A stretch of DNA of 64,000 bases from positions 18,559 through 82,558 of the IMG/VR virus record IMGVR_UViG_3300032093_008018. One strand, written 5' to 3'. Position numbers and translations under genes: made by a program. The notes under the pieces were generated by a model, which ran no database searches, was not told the origin of the DNA, and saw only the letters and a program-made list of their open reading frames with translations. Each line of letters starts with the position of its first letter. Within the stretch, counting starts at the first letter, position 1. This DNA comes from a virus. Taxonomy: Duplodnaviria; Heunggongvirae; Uroviricota; Caudoviricetes. Below, one piece after another: positions 1 to 10,029 of the stretch.

Positions 1-95
1 AACTGTATGGGATGATTTTTGGTCTATCAATAAACTAGTGACTTGTGCTAGAACCTGTGGCACAAATACTGATTTTATAAAACCAAGAGACCAAA

Positions 96-1394
96 TTGTT
101 CAATAAAACATTTTGTCCATTACCATGGATCCATTTAGCTACTAGACCTAACGGCGATGTCCGTTTATGTTGCACTGCTAACGCATCTGGTGCGGGTACC
201 GCAGACAAAGAATCAGGCCTTGTTAAAGATAATGGCGTAAACATGAACTTACAATCACACTCAATTGAGCAAGTGTGGAACAGCAGTTTTATGAAGCAGA
301 CACGGCTACAAATGCTTAATGGAGAACAACCATACAGTTGTACCAAATGTTATCAAGAAGAACTCAACGGTATTGTTAGTAAACGCCAATGGGAAACTGT
401 TGTGTGGAAAGAACGATTAAACCTTGATGCCGTTGTGTCTAGAACAACCCTCGACGGAACTTTGCCTGTAGACATTCCTTACTTTGATTTACGCCTGGGG
501 AATATGTGCCAGTTAAAGTGTATTATGTGTAGTCCACACGATTCAAGTAGTTGGATTAAAGAATGGAAAGCACAGTATCCAAAATACAAAACAATAGAAC
601 TTAAACAAGATCAAGGATGGAACATTGACTTTGACTACACTTGGTATCAAAAAGGTGAATTCTTATCAAGTTTAAGAACGCAATCACACAATATCAAAGA
701 GTTGTACTTTGCAGGTGGTGAACCGTTGCTTATACCAGAACACTATAAAATATTAGAGTTTATGGTTGAAACAGGTAATGCTAAGAACTGTGTACTACGT
801 TATAACAGCAACGGCATGGAACTGCCGGAGAAGTTATTTGAGTTGTGGAATTATTTTAAGCAGGTTAAATTTAACTTTAGTGTAGATGCTTTTGGCCAAC
901 GTAACGATTATATTCGTTATCCTAGTAAATGGAATAATGTTGTTACTAACTTAGAAAGATTAGACGACACACCCGATAACATTATTATTAATATTGCTTG
1001 TGCTGTACAGTTGCTTAACGTATCAAGCATACCAGAATTAGCCAATTGGAAGATTAGCAAGAACTTTAAAAAGATTAATTTGCCACCGCATGGCGCTGGC
1101 ATTATTGGAACACACTTAGTCTACTTGCCCGATTACTTAAATGTACGTGTTCTACCAAAAGAAATTAAAGATCAAGTAGCAAAACGCATTGAATATTTTT
1201 GTGCTAAACATATGGGCTACAAAGACTTTGCTACAGACCCATATGGTGCTCAACGTTGGATGGGATTAATCAAATACATGAATTCAGCAGACTGGACTGA
1301 TAAAATTCCTACACTACTAGATTATTTAGAAACCACAGATACACAGCGTGGAACTAATTATCGAGATGTATTTCCAGAGTTGAGCGTTTTGTAA
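96..1394 (+). CDS. Radical SAM enzyme with N-terminal Cys-rich SPASM/twitch-like module (TTG start; true start may differ)
   Basis: CxxxCxxC motif 'CQLKCIMC'. N-terminal 'FCPLPW...NGDVRLCC...NGEQPYSCTKC' resembles a SPASM-domain opening. Paralog of 3794..5056. Confidence 0.7.
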   Translation: MFNKTFCPLPWIHLATRPNGDVRLCCTANASGAGTADKESGLVKDNGVNMNLQSHSIEQVWNSSFMKQTRLQMLNGEQPYSCTKCYQEELNGIVSKRQWETVVWKERLNLDAVVSRTTLDGTLPVDIPYFDLRLGNMCQLKCIMCSPHDSSSWIKEWKAQYPKYKTIELKQDQGWNIDFDYTWYQKGEFLSSLRTQSHNIKELYFAGGEPLLIPEHYKILEFMVETGNAKNCVLRYNSNGMELPEKLFELWNYFKQVKFNFSVDAFGQRNDYIRYPSKWNNVVTNLERLDDTPDNIIINIACAVQLLNVSSIPELANWKISKNFKKINLPPHGAGIIGTHLVYLPDYLNVRVLPKEIKDQVAKRIEYFCAKHMGYKDFATDPYGAQRWMGLIKYMNSADWTDKIPTLLDYLETTDTQRGTNYRDVFPELSVL

Positions 1395-2221
1395 TAACGG
1401 CTGTTTCTAAAACGTTCAAACCAAGATGGTTTAAATCTTACAACAGGTGTTTTAAATCCTAGTTGGTTAAGCCAAACATTAATAGCCGCAAGTTGTTCGT
1501 CAGTTGCGGCATAGCGTACATATCTGTGGAACCCCATAACTTTAACGTAATCTGTATTATAGGTATCTTGTAAAACAGTTTCGTTAACTGTTTCTCCCCT
1601 CCAAAATATTCTAGCAAATTTACGAGGAACAAATGACTCGTCAACTAGATGATTAGCAAGATATGAATACAATACTAGTTCACCACACTTACCTTTTAAA
1701 TACCAGCTACAAAACTTTTCAATATCACCTAAACTTTTAACTAGTTCAGTACGCCATACAAACGGACATTCTGACGCAAACTGTTTTTCTCTTACAGGGT
1801 CTACATTAAAGTATTCAGCAAATCGTTTAATAACTGGTTCCCAGTTAGAATCATAAGCGATCCAACCGCAACCTAGTACACCTGCCCAGTCAGTCGTACT
1901 GCAAGGTTTAACAAAAAAGTCTTTAGGGTCTAAACATAAAAACTCTTCGTCTTTTATATAGTTGACCATTTTAAGTTTATAAACTTGGTGGCGCTCAAAT
2001 CCATCAGGGACATGCAAGTATTCGTACCATTTAGGAAATAATAAAACAAGTTTATGTTTTGTGTAGTATGGCTCTAACATGTCCTTCCAGCGTTGCTTAT
2101 CTGGAAAACGTTCGTTAATAGTAACCCAATGTGTACATGGCTGTAGAAACTTACTGATGCTTTCGGCCTGTAGTCGCATTACATCAAAATCTTGCTCACA
2201 CGCAATAGTTACTAAATCCAT
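1358..2221 (-). CDS. Hypothetical protein (start moved to internal Met 'MDLVTIACEQ' to remove a 150-nt overlap)
   Basis: Long ORF. The internal ATG at 2221 lies 1 nt from the upstream gene's stop. No recognisable motif. Confidence 0.45.
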   Translation of the reverse strand: MDLVTIACEQDFDVMRLQAESISKFLQPCTHWVTINERFPDKQRWKDMLEPYYTKHKLVLLFPKWYEYLHVPDGFERHQVYKLKMVNYIKDEEFLCLDPKDFFVKPCSTTDWAGVLGCGWIAYDSNWEPVIKRFAEYFNVDPVREKQFASECPFVWRTELVKSLGDIEKFCSWYLKGKCGELVLYSYLANHLVDESFVPRKFARIFWRGETVNETVLQDTYNTDYVKVMGFHRYVRYAATDEQLAAINVWLNQLGFKTPVVRFKPSWFERFRNSRYYKTLNSGNTSR

Positions 2222-2222
2222 C

Positions 2223-2909
2223 TTATATCCTATGGTAGTATTGGTAAAATGCTTCTGCGTATTCACAACGTGCTTCGATACCCCGGTATTTTGCCCAATC
2301 AAGCATGCCTTTACTAGACAAGTAGTTGTCTTGTGGACGCACTTGCGATTTAAAAATTTTAGCAAATGAATCAATTTTTTCTTGTACTACTTGCTCAGTT
2401 AATTCTACATATACATTCGGAGTGTCATAATCTGTTTTATATAACTTATGCACATACGTTGGGTTTTCCAGTATGTACATAGTCTTAGGACAGTAGTTAA
2501 ACGTTGGACGAGTTGCCGCTATCACTGCTTCATAGACAGTAGTGTGATCAATGTGAAAACTAGGACCCATGGTCATAATGATATCTGGCGTAATTTCCAT
2601 AATGGCATTTTCTACTAATTTGACTAGTTTAGAACGAGGAAACAAATCTAACTTGGAATCAAAGTCTAATGGCAATTGAAACTCGCCAGTTGTGGGACGT
2701 ACCCATGTACCATTAGCCCATTTAACAAATTGTTGATACTCTGCTAGACGTTCTTCTCTAGTTACAGTTTTGTGATGTAGTTCTATATCCGAAGCCGCAA
2801 CTAAACAAAAGTAAAAATCATACTGATCTCGATTCTTTAAAAAGAATCCACCGGCACCTATATAACTGTCATCACTATGCGGCTCAATTATTAGAACTTT
2901 TTGTTTCAT
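2223..2909 (-). CDS. PIG-L/LmbE family N-deacetylase
   Basis: N-terminal 'EPHSDDSYIGAGG' matches the (A)HPDDE..G.GG motif. A later 'HIDH' HxDH motif is also present. Confidence 0.65.
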   Translation of the reverse strand: MKQKVLIIEPHSDDSYIGAGGFFLKNRDQYDFYFCLVAASDIELHHKTVTREERLAEYQQFVKWANGTWVRPTTGEFQLPLDFDSKLDLFPRSKLVKLVENAIMEITPDIIMTMGPSFHIDHTTVYEAVIAATRPTFNYCPKTMYILENPTYVHKLYKTDYDTPNVYVELTEQVVQEKIDSFAKIFKSQVRPQDNYLSSKGMLDWAKYRGIEARCEYAEAFYQYYHRI

Positions 2910-3801
2910 TTTTATTCTCTTTAGTTAGCGGAATGTCTGCGGCACATGTACACCAGTCTCTAGTGCAATCAACAGGTTGATTGGGTACAGTAAAGGTGTC
3001 TTGATAGATATTACCTAAACTTCCACCAACACGGCAGGTAGCACGATGTACTTCTCCATCCCAATTGATCATGAGACTTTCGAGACCTGCATTACATTGC
3101 CATCCTTTGAATTGATTTAGATGTTGTTTGATTACATCGTTGGCATGAATGATCTGTTCATCGTCTATGCGGCAATTGGGTTTAGCTGTGGCATTCTTGT
3201 TTAATATCCACTCAAGATCTTGACCTTCGTATCTAAGATCATCAAACACATTGTGATCTCCTTCTGTCCAACGGATACGCCGTACAGCATATCTAATACC
3301 TAGTTCATCAAACTTTTTAACCACTGTACGAACACCGTGCATGTGTTTATAGTGTGCCATTACATTAACATGAAAGTCACGCTCAGTACTGTCATAAAAT
3401 TTCATTATATTATCAAATATTCTCATCCATTCCTGTTCAAAGTGCAGACTGAACACGATGTGATTATAAAACATTTCATGATTTAAATACCATTGATATC
3501 CTCTAGTTCCATTGGTAGTTAAGTTTACCCAAAAAATATCTTTACGTTTGAAATATTCTAATAAGTCTTCTATATCTGGATGCACACAGGGTTCCCCTCC
3601 CGTGAGGCTAATACGCAAAGGTTTACCTATTTCGCAGAGTCTATCTACGGCTCGTTCTAATAAATTTATATCCGTATGCGGACTAAAGTTATCATGTATC
3701 TCTGCAGGGCAATATGAGCAATCGTAGTTACAGCGTTTACCAAGATTCCACTCGATCTTGATTTGATCTTGATGTGGCCATACTGAGGTTATTTTATACA
3801 T
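2884..3801 (-). CDS. Radical SAM enzyme with C-terminal Cys-rich auxiliary (twitch/SPASM-like) region
   Basis: 'CNYDCSYC' CxxxCxxC near the N-terminus. C-terminal 'CTRDWCTC' cysteines. Confidence 0.75.
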   Translation of the reverse strand: MYKITSVWPHQDQIKIEWNLGKRCNYDCSYCPAEIHDNFSPHTDINLLERAVDRLCEIGKPLRISLTGGEPCVHPDIEDLLEYFKRKDIFWVNLTTNGTRGYQWYLNHEMFYNHIVFSLHFEQEWMRIFDNIMKFYDSTERDFHVNVMAHYKHMHGVRTVVKKFDELGIRYAVRRIRWTEGDHNVFDDLRYEGQDLEWILNKNATAKPNCRIDDEQIIHANDVIKQHLNQFKGWQCNAGLESLMINWDGEVHRATCRVGGSLGNIYQDTFTVPNQPVDCTRDWCTCAADIPLTKENKNETKSSNN

Positions 3802-5056
3802 AGGCAGTAAATTCCGGAGTCACTTCTTCAAATCGTTGTTCTCTTGTGACATCAAGTCTATGATTAAATTCTACGCAGTCTTTCCACAGATGGCTTTCGT
3901 CTTTAGAATTAAGAAAATTGATAACACCTTGTATTTGTCCCATAGTTAAATTATAAAGCATTGGATGTTCTTTTATTAATTTAAATTTTTCAATCCGAGG
4001 TTTAACATTTTCTAATCTTTCTATAGCTTGAGTTTTTAGTTCTGGAGGAAGTGTTTGAATAGATAGAACTTTAGGATACTTTACCATATTGGTATAGAAT
4101 ACGATTCCTAAATCATTTAAAAAGTATTCTATCATTTCATCCAGTATTAATACATTACTAATCTGTACAGCTACAGCGCCTACTATTCTACTGACATTAG
4201 GAATAGTCTGTATCTGTTTAATATTGTTAATTAATTCTGACCAACTTGCGTTTCCACGAATGTACTCATAACTTGAACCAATACCATCAATAGAAACATT
4301 TACAGCTACACTTTTAAATTTAGGCCAATATTCCCAAATAGTGCGATTGCTTTTACCTAAAATATTCAGGTTAGTGGCATACTTAATTTCTATTTGATTT
4401 CCGTAAGGAGCTAGCATATCTAGTATGCGATAATGCTGTGGATCCATTAGTGGTTCACCACCAGCAAATTCTACTCGTCTAAAGTAAGGAAGTAATTTTT
4501 TAAAAGAATTCCACCAGTTAGGATTATCCTCAAATTTATCCAAGTAGGGTTTGTTTATAAGATTAAGTTTTCTTACATTTTTAGAAATAAAATTTCCTTC
4601 TTTGTCGTAAAATTCCTCAACCTGTTTCCAATCATTCCAACTAGTGCTATCTGTAGGGTTGCACATTCGACATTTTAAATTGCAAAGATTATTCAATTTA
4701 ATCTCTATTGTTGGAATTTCGAAAGGCATTGTAAAATCTTGATCCATTTTCTTTAATGAATTAGGATAAAGATTAATACGTGCTTCTGGAATTTCTCCTT
4801 TAATGTGTCGCTGTCTTAAACTTTCAACCCCTTGATCTTCTAAACTAAAACAAGGTTCACACTCCGGAGGACGTTCTCCGTTTAAAACTTGTTTACGAAT
4901 GCGTCTCATAGTATCATTATTCCAATGATCTTCTAAAGAAGCATCTTGTATAAATCCAATAGGATAACTGCGACAACAAACTTTAATTGCGCCGTCTTCA
5001 CGTGTTGCTAATCCTGTAAAAGGATGCATACAAAATGTATTATGATTATAGTTCAT
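3794..5056 (-). CDS. Radical SAM enzyme, paralog of 96..1394
   Basis: 'CNLKCRMC' CxxxCxxC. Shares the N-terminal 'FCMHPF...GAIKVCC...NGERPPECEPC' module with ORF 96..1394. Confidence 0.75.
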   Translation of the reverse strand: MNYNHNTFCMHPFTGLATREDGAIKVCCRSYPIGFIQDASLEDHWNNDTMRRIRKQVLNGERPPECEPCFSLEDQGVESLRQRHIKGEIPEARINLYPNSLKKMDQDFTMPFEIPTIEIKLNNLCNLKCRMCNPTDSTSWNDWKQVEEFYDKEGNFISKNVRKLNLINKPYLDKFEDNPNWWNSFKKLLPYFRRVEFAGGEPLMDPQHYRILDMLAPYGNQIEIKYATNLNILGKSNRTIWEYWPKFKSVAVNVSIDGIGSSYEYIRGNASWSELINNIKQIQTIPNVSRIVGAVAVQISNVLILDEMIEYFLNDLGIVFYTNMVKYPKVLSIQTLPPELKTQAIERLENVKPRIEKFKLIKEHPMLYNLTMGQIQGVINFLNSKDESHLWKDCVEFNHRLDVTREQRFEEVTPEFTAYV

Positions 5057-5095
5057 GAACTATTTAACTGGGTTATAGTAGCATATAAATATTTC

Positions 5096-5761
5096 ATGTT
5101 AACAAAAACTAACTATCAAGTTTCTTTAGATTTAATCGAAATTGCATTGAAAGAAATTCCCAGTGATAACTTTAGATATACAATCAATCAACCAACAGAT
5201 TCTTTCTTTTATGATCCTTGGAAAATTAAAGAGGAATTTAAAAATACTATTTGGGAATCTATTTTAAAAACAATCAATGAACCGATCGGTGAAGCTAGGA
5301 TAATAATTTTAGAACCTGGTAAATGTTACCAGGGACACGCTGATATAGATGATCGGTATCATCTAAATTTATGTTCTGATGAATCGTTTTTGATAGATTT
5401 AGAAAACAACGTGTTGTATAAGTTAACAACAGACGGATTTTGGTACAACATGAATGCCGGGATTAGGCATACAGCGATGAATGTTGGACGAGTCACAAGA
5501 ATACAATTAGTTGTTAGACAGTTATTAAAAAACAATATTCTTAAAAACAGCGTTCCGGTATGCATTAAGTTTAATGATATTACTGACGAACATGCGAGGT
5601 TTATTTTTGATGAGAAATTAAGTCCGTTATTAAATCATTTTGATAAGAGTGGGCTTATAAATAAGTTTGAGTATGGGAAAACATTTGTTAAATTTAATAT
5701 CGAAAAAGAATCTAAAGACACACTTAATAAAATGCTTCCAGAAAACTTTGAATTATTATGA
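5096..5761 (+). CDS. Asp/Asn beta-hydroxylase-like Fe(II)/2OG cupin (start moved to 'MLTKTNYQ')
   Basis: HxD...H pattern 'GHADIDDRYHLNL...RHTAMNVGRVTRIQL' resembles the Asp_Arg_Hydrox family. Confidence 0.45.
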   Translation: MLTKTNYQVSLDLIEIALKEIPSDNFRYTINQPTDSFFYDPWKIKEEFKNTIWESILKTINEPIGEARIIILEPGKCYQGHADIDDRYHLNLCSDESFLIDLENNVLYKLTTDGFWYNMNAGIRHTAMNVGRVTRIQLVVRQLLKNNILKNSVPVCIKFNDITDEHARFIFDEKLSPLLNHFDKSGLINKFEYGKTFVKFNIEKESKDTLNKMLPENFELL

Positions 5762-6402
5762 TAATATACACTCCCATTGATATTAAATGTAAAATTCCTG
5801 ATCAAGATTTACTCATAGAATATGTTAAGAAGAATTATTTGGATAAAAATATTATACCTAATGCTTTATTATGTCCATTAGTTGTTAGAAAGGCAGTGAC
5901 CGATTGGAGAGATGCTTCTCAAATTTTTACAGAAGATAAACTTCAAGATCTCACCGATAACGATCCAACTTACTATCGACCCGGAATCAAAGAATTAATG
6001 CCAGAATTAATAGAAATTTTAGAATCTTTGCCATTTAAACAAATTATCGGGGGAGGCCTATATCTTCAAACAGGTCCGGTCGATGCTCATCATGATATAA
6101 CTATTGACTTCACATATCCTAAAAGTCCGGAAAGATATAATGTTTTATTAACTCCTCATTACGATCAAGATTCTTTTTATATTGCAAAAGAGATAACTGG
6201 GGAAAAAATATATCCTAAGATATTAAAAGATTACCCAATTTATGCATTTAATGATCAGAAGATGTTTCATGGAGCAGATCCTGTTTTAGAAAATAGAGTC
6301 ATTATGATCTGTGCAGGATTGATAGATCATGAAAAACATGAAAATCTTATAGAAAGAAGTGCAAATAAATTTAAAGAATATGTAATAAGATATGAGGATT
6401 AA
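5758..6402 (+). CDS. Putative cupin/2OG-oxygenase-like protein
   Basis: 'VDAHHDITI' and 'KMFHGADPVLENRVIM' resemble the facial-triad and Arg motifs of its neighbours. 4-nt overlap with the upstream gene. Confidence 0.35.
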   Translation: MIIYTPIDIKCKIPDQDLLIEYVKKNYLDKNIIPNALLCPLVVRKAVTDWRDASQIFTEDKLQDLTDNDPTYYRPGIKELMPELIEILESLPFKQIIGGGLYLQTGPVDAHHDITIDFTYPKSPERYNVLLTPHYDQDSFYIAKEITGEKIYPKILKDYPIYAFNDQKMFHGADPVLENRVIMICAGLIDHEKHENLIERSANKFKEYVIRYED

Positions 6403-6948
6403 ATGTCAATTAAGTTTATAGGTAATTTTTTTGCAGGAAAATGGGATAGTATAATTGACTCTTTATGTATTGAAGAAGGCGATCGGAGAGCGTTTGGTGT
6501 AGACTTTTATAAGAACTTTGATGGTCGATTTGACAATAACATCCAAATGTTGATTGATGCGGGCTATAATAAAGTTGACACTGTTGAGTGGTTTAATTAT
6601 TATCCTATAAAACATTTTGATAATTCGTGTGTTATAGAATTTGAAAAATTTGTTGGAATGAAATGTGCTAGAGCATGGATTAGTAAAATACGTCCAGGAA
6701 AATATGCTCCAATACATCAAGACATCGATGATAACATTGAAGAATATCTATCTCAGGGAGAAGTAATTCGGTTCAGTACTTTTATCAGTCACCCTTATCC
6801 GGGAGGAGTTTTTGTTTGTAAAAATCAATGTTTTCATTGCGAACTTTCTGGTAATACATATCAGTGGGATCATTACTTAGATTATCATGCAGGTGGTAAC
6901 TGCGGGCTCCATGATCAATTTATGTTTCATTTTTTAGGAATAAAGTGA
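6403..6948 (+). CDS. Cupin-like protein ('W..HxGG' family), paralog of 6945..7508 and 22703..23506
   Basis: 'PIHQDIDD' HxD. C-terminal 'YQWDHYLDYHAGGNCGLHDQFMFHFLG' is shared with its paralogs. Confidence 0.4.
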   Translation: MSIKFIGNFFAGKWDSIIDSLCIEEGDRRAFGVDFYKNFDGRFDNNIQMLIDAGYNKVDTVEWFNYYPIKHFDNSCVIEFEKFVGMKCARAWISKIRPGKYAPIHQDIDDNIEEYLSQGEVIRFSTFISHPYPGGVFVCKNQCFHCELSGNTYQWDHYLDYHAGGNCGLHDQFMFHFLGIK

Positions 6949-7508
6949 TGGCCACATACATTGGAAATTCAAATAAAACAATGAAATGGGAAGATTTAAT
7001 AAATCATCTTAAATTAATACCTCCTAGATTAAGAGGAAACGATCAGGAAGATGATATACATTTAGGAAATCCCAAAGTAGAAAAACTAATTAAGATTTGG
7101 GAAAATGCAGGTTATGATAAAAATAATGCCGCAGCAAAATGGATTGATTATTTGCCTTATGAGCATTTTTCTAATGTATGGGTTGAAAATTTTTCTAAAT
7201 GGATAAATTGTGAACCTGCAGGCTGTTGGGTTAGTGCCGTTCCTCCAGGGTATATAGTTCCTTGGCATCCCGATTATAAGATGCCCAACCAGGAAAAAGA
7301 ATGGTTATCAAAAGGACCAATTGTTCATTATACTTGCTATATATGCGAGCCTAGCTTTGGTCAGGTATCAATAATTGAAAATCATGCTATATACGATCCT
7401 AAACAAGGAGATGTTTATCGTTGGGATGATTGGCAAAATTGGCATGGCGGACTGAATATGGGACTTGAAACAAAATATATGTTTAATTTCTTTGGATGGC
7501 AAAAGTGA
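6945..7508 (+). CDS. Cupin-like protein, tandem paralog of 6403..6948
   Basis: Alignable with 6403 ORF: 'AGYDKNNAAAKWIDYLPYEHF' vs 'AGYNKVDTVEWFNYYPIKHF'. C-terminal 'YRWDDWQNWHGGLNMG'. Confidence 0.4.
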   Translation: MMATYIGNSNKTMKWEDLINHLKLIPPRLRGNDQEDDIHLGNPKVEKLIKIWENAGYDKNNAAAKWIDYLPYEHFSNVWVENFSKWINCEPAGCWVSAVPPGYIVPWHPDYKMPNQEKEWLSKGPIVHYTCYICEPSFGQVSIIENHAIYDPKQGDVYRWDDWQNWHGGLNMGLETKYMFNFFGWQK

Positions 7509-8074
7509 ACACTAATTATGCTATCGATTTATCTATACCGATATCTCATCCGTTAGTAAACCCTGCTATATTAAATCAAACAGGCGACCAAACAGAAATA
7601 TGGTTTGCTAATCATAGTGACGTATCTGATGAGTTTCGATCCTGGCTTGATAGTTTAGGATTAGTAATAACTTATCCTCCTCTTATTTTTTACACACCTA
7701 AAGGCAAGCAATGCGGTATACACATTGACGGACATTCTCCTGACGCAGACCGTGCTGTTATGAATTGGTGTGTACAGGGTGCTGGTAGTATGATGCATTG
7801 GTACAAACTTAAAGAGGGCGAGCAACCATTTGAAACTACGGATACCCAAGCAGGTACACCTTACATACAATACCACCCTAACCAAGTTAATCATTTATAT
7901 TCTCACGTGGTTAAATGGCCTACAATCGTGCAAACTGGCATTCCACATAACATTCACAATAATGTTTGGGAACCGCGTTGGTTAATTAGTTGTGACATTA
8001 GTAGGAAAGAGAATCCAGAAGCGGGACTAACAATAGCAGAATCTTTAGAAATTTTTAAATCATGGATAGCATAG
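7496..8074 (+). CDS. Asp/Asn beta-hydroxylase-like cupin
   Basis: 'CGIHIDGHSPD' HxD. 'IPHNIHNNVWEPRWLIS' matches the family's distal His/Arg motif. Confidence 0.4.
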   Translation: MAKVNTNYAIDLSIPISHPLVNPAILNQTGDQTEIWFANHSDVSDEFRSWLDSLGLVITYPPLIFYTPKGKQCGIHIDGHSPDADRAVMNWCVQGAGSMMHWYKLKEGEQPFETTDTQAGTPYIQYHPNQVNHLYSHVVKWPTIVQTGIPHNIHNNVWEPRWLISCDISRKENPEAGLTIAESLEIFKSWIA

Positions 8075-8235
8075 AACAAGCACGTAAAATATTAAGATCA
8101 GATATACCTTGGTTAGAATTAGATATTTCTTTTAATGCAGATATCTGGAAACAACAGGCATTAGAAGCAGAGCCTCATTATCAAGAATATAGAGAAGGAT
8201 ATAGCTAAGGATGGGGCGGTTGTTGTTTACACGGA

Positions 8236-8709
8236 TTGGGTATTGATAAAACATACACTGCCGACAGGTATGGTTATAATGAATATCATGCTCCTTATCA
8301 ATATACTGATCTAGCATACAAGTGTCCTGTAATTACAGATTTTTGGAAGAATCAATTTCCTGCAGAAAGATATACAAGAATACGTTTTATGAAATTGGCA
8401 CCGTGGAGTAATATAAACTGGCACACCGACGGCGAGATTCCACTGGATATGGATCCATTATTATCTATTCTACCAATTAATATTGCTATAGCTCATCCAA
8501 ATAATTGCGAGATGTTTATAGAAGATAAGAAAGTTCCTTGGAAAGAAGGAAAGATAATTATGATCAATATAAGCAAAAAACATGCCGTTTTTAATCGTAG
8601 CAGTAAACCAAGAGTGCATATGATTGCTAACATTATATTGGGACATAGAACTGCCGAGTTTTGTGAAATGTTAGTAAGATGTTATAATAATCAATATGGT
8701 AAAATTTAA
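8236..8709 (+). CDS. Asp/Asn beta-hydroxylase-like Fe(II)/2OG oxygenase (TTG start; in frame after a 48-aa upstream ORF)
   Basis: 'NWHTDGE...W.EGK...KKHAVFNRSSKPRVHMI' matches the Asp_Arg_Hydrox pattern. Confidence 0.55.
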   Translation: MGIDKTYTADRYGYNEYHAPYQYTDLAYKCPVITDFWKNQFPAERYTRIRFMKLAPWSNINWHTDGEIPLDMDPLLSILPINIAIAHPNNCEMFIEDKKVPWKEGKIIMINISKKHAVFNRSSKPRVHMIANIILGHRTAEFCEMLVRCYNNQYGKI

Positions 8710-9805
8710 TACACCCGAAGGATCTTCAGATATAGTCTATATATTTTTGGACAGAATTAGTCAGTGCCAAACTAAATGGACTGCCGAATTGATGAGGAAC
8801 ATGTCGGATTATGTTCTTAGTAAGATTCTTGGTCACGGATTTAATATTATTCAAGGATTAGATGAAGATGCTATGTTACAAGAAGCCGCCAAAGAATATA
8901 CACATGCAGTTGTATTAAGTACAGGCACAGAGTTCATCAACGGTGATGAATTTTTCCATGAAGTCGAAAAGGAAGTCTACAGCGGCAAAGAATTTTTTAT
9001 CTGGGGTCATATACCAGATAGGGATGATGGTTATTATGAATTACACGAACAATGCTACATAATCAATCTAAAAACTTACAAAGAATTAGGTTGTCCTGTT
9101 ATAGGAAAATTTGAATATTATTCAGCTCATACACAGATAGCACCCAGACGCAGTGAAGAAAATATTCACGACGATTATACTCCTATCTGGGTAACCGGTG
9201 GCGATACCGAACGTCAATATAAACACAAATGGCACGGCTGGAACATTCTTAGTGTTGCGTTTGCTAATAATAAATTTGTGAAACCATTTGCAGATCGTTT
9301 CAGAAAAAACAAAAGATACTATTATCCTAATTATGAACCTGCGTTTATAAAATCGTGCGATTATCTATACGGCAAAAACGAGGTTGCCTCACAAACATTA
9401 TTCTATCCTTACAATACAGAAGAAGTTATAAAAATTAATTGTAGTACACCAATACAACAATTAGTAATTCAAGCAAGTGGATTGCAGTTTATAGAATATC
9501 TTTTAGAATATGGATATGATAAAAATACCGTTGTTCGTTTTGTAGATTATAATTTGTTTGCTTTAGAGTGTATGGAATATATTATAAAGAATTGGGACGG
9601 GTTGAATTATTTAGAATTTGTAAAAACGTATGTTAATAAAAGATCAAGTTTTTTAAAAAATAAAAAACAAGAGTGGATAACGTTAACTGGTGTTGAACAA
9701 CGGATTGATCCTGTAATTTGGAGTGACATTAGTAAAGTCGTTAAATTCGAATTTTCTCATCAAGATTTAGTTCTTAACAAAAATCTCGAAGTAAGCGATT
9801 GCTAG
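8696..9805 (+). CDS. Hypothetical protein
   Basis: 369-aa ORF with tight junctions to its neighbours. No motif recognised. Confidence 0.45.
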   Translation: MVKFNTPEGSSDIVYIFLDRISQCQTKWTAELMRNMSDYVLSKILGHGFNIIQGLDEDAMLQEAAKEYTHAVVLSTGTEFINGDEFFHEVEKEVYSGKEFFIWGHIPDRDDGYYELHEQCYIINLKTYKELGCPVIGKFEYYSAHTQIAPRRSEENIHDDYTPIWVTGGDTERQYKHKWHGWNILSVAFANNKFVKPFADRFRKNKRYYYPNYEPAFIKSCDYLYGKNEVASQTLFYPYNTEEVIKINCSTPIQQLVIQASGLQFIEYLLEYGYDKNTVVRFVDYNLFALECMEYIIKNWDGLNYLEFVKTYVNKRSSFLKNKKQEWITLTGVEQRIDPVIWSDISKVVKFEFSHQDLVLNKNLEVSDC

Positions 9806-10029
9806 ATGCAGTGCCTTCTACTATTGTGCATCTTAGTCATATTTTTAATTACGATCCCGTAGCACCTTTTGTTCCATTAAGACACAGAATATATAATGAG
9901 AATCTATTGTTCAAAAAAATTAAAGAATATAATCCCAATGCCATTATTGTTACTGTAAATAAGGCATCGGAGATTTATAAAGATTCACTTCCTTCGTGGC
10001 ACATGGATGGAGAGTGGAATGATCTATGA
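9799..10029 (+). pseudogene. Truncated fragment of an AspH-like cupin (N-terminal half only)
   Basis: 'LPSWHMDGEWNDL*' matches 'WSNINWHTDGE' of 8236 ORF, then stops. Overlaps the start of the next complete AspH-like gene in another frame. Confidence 0.35.
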
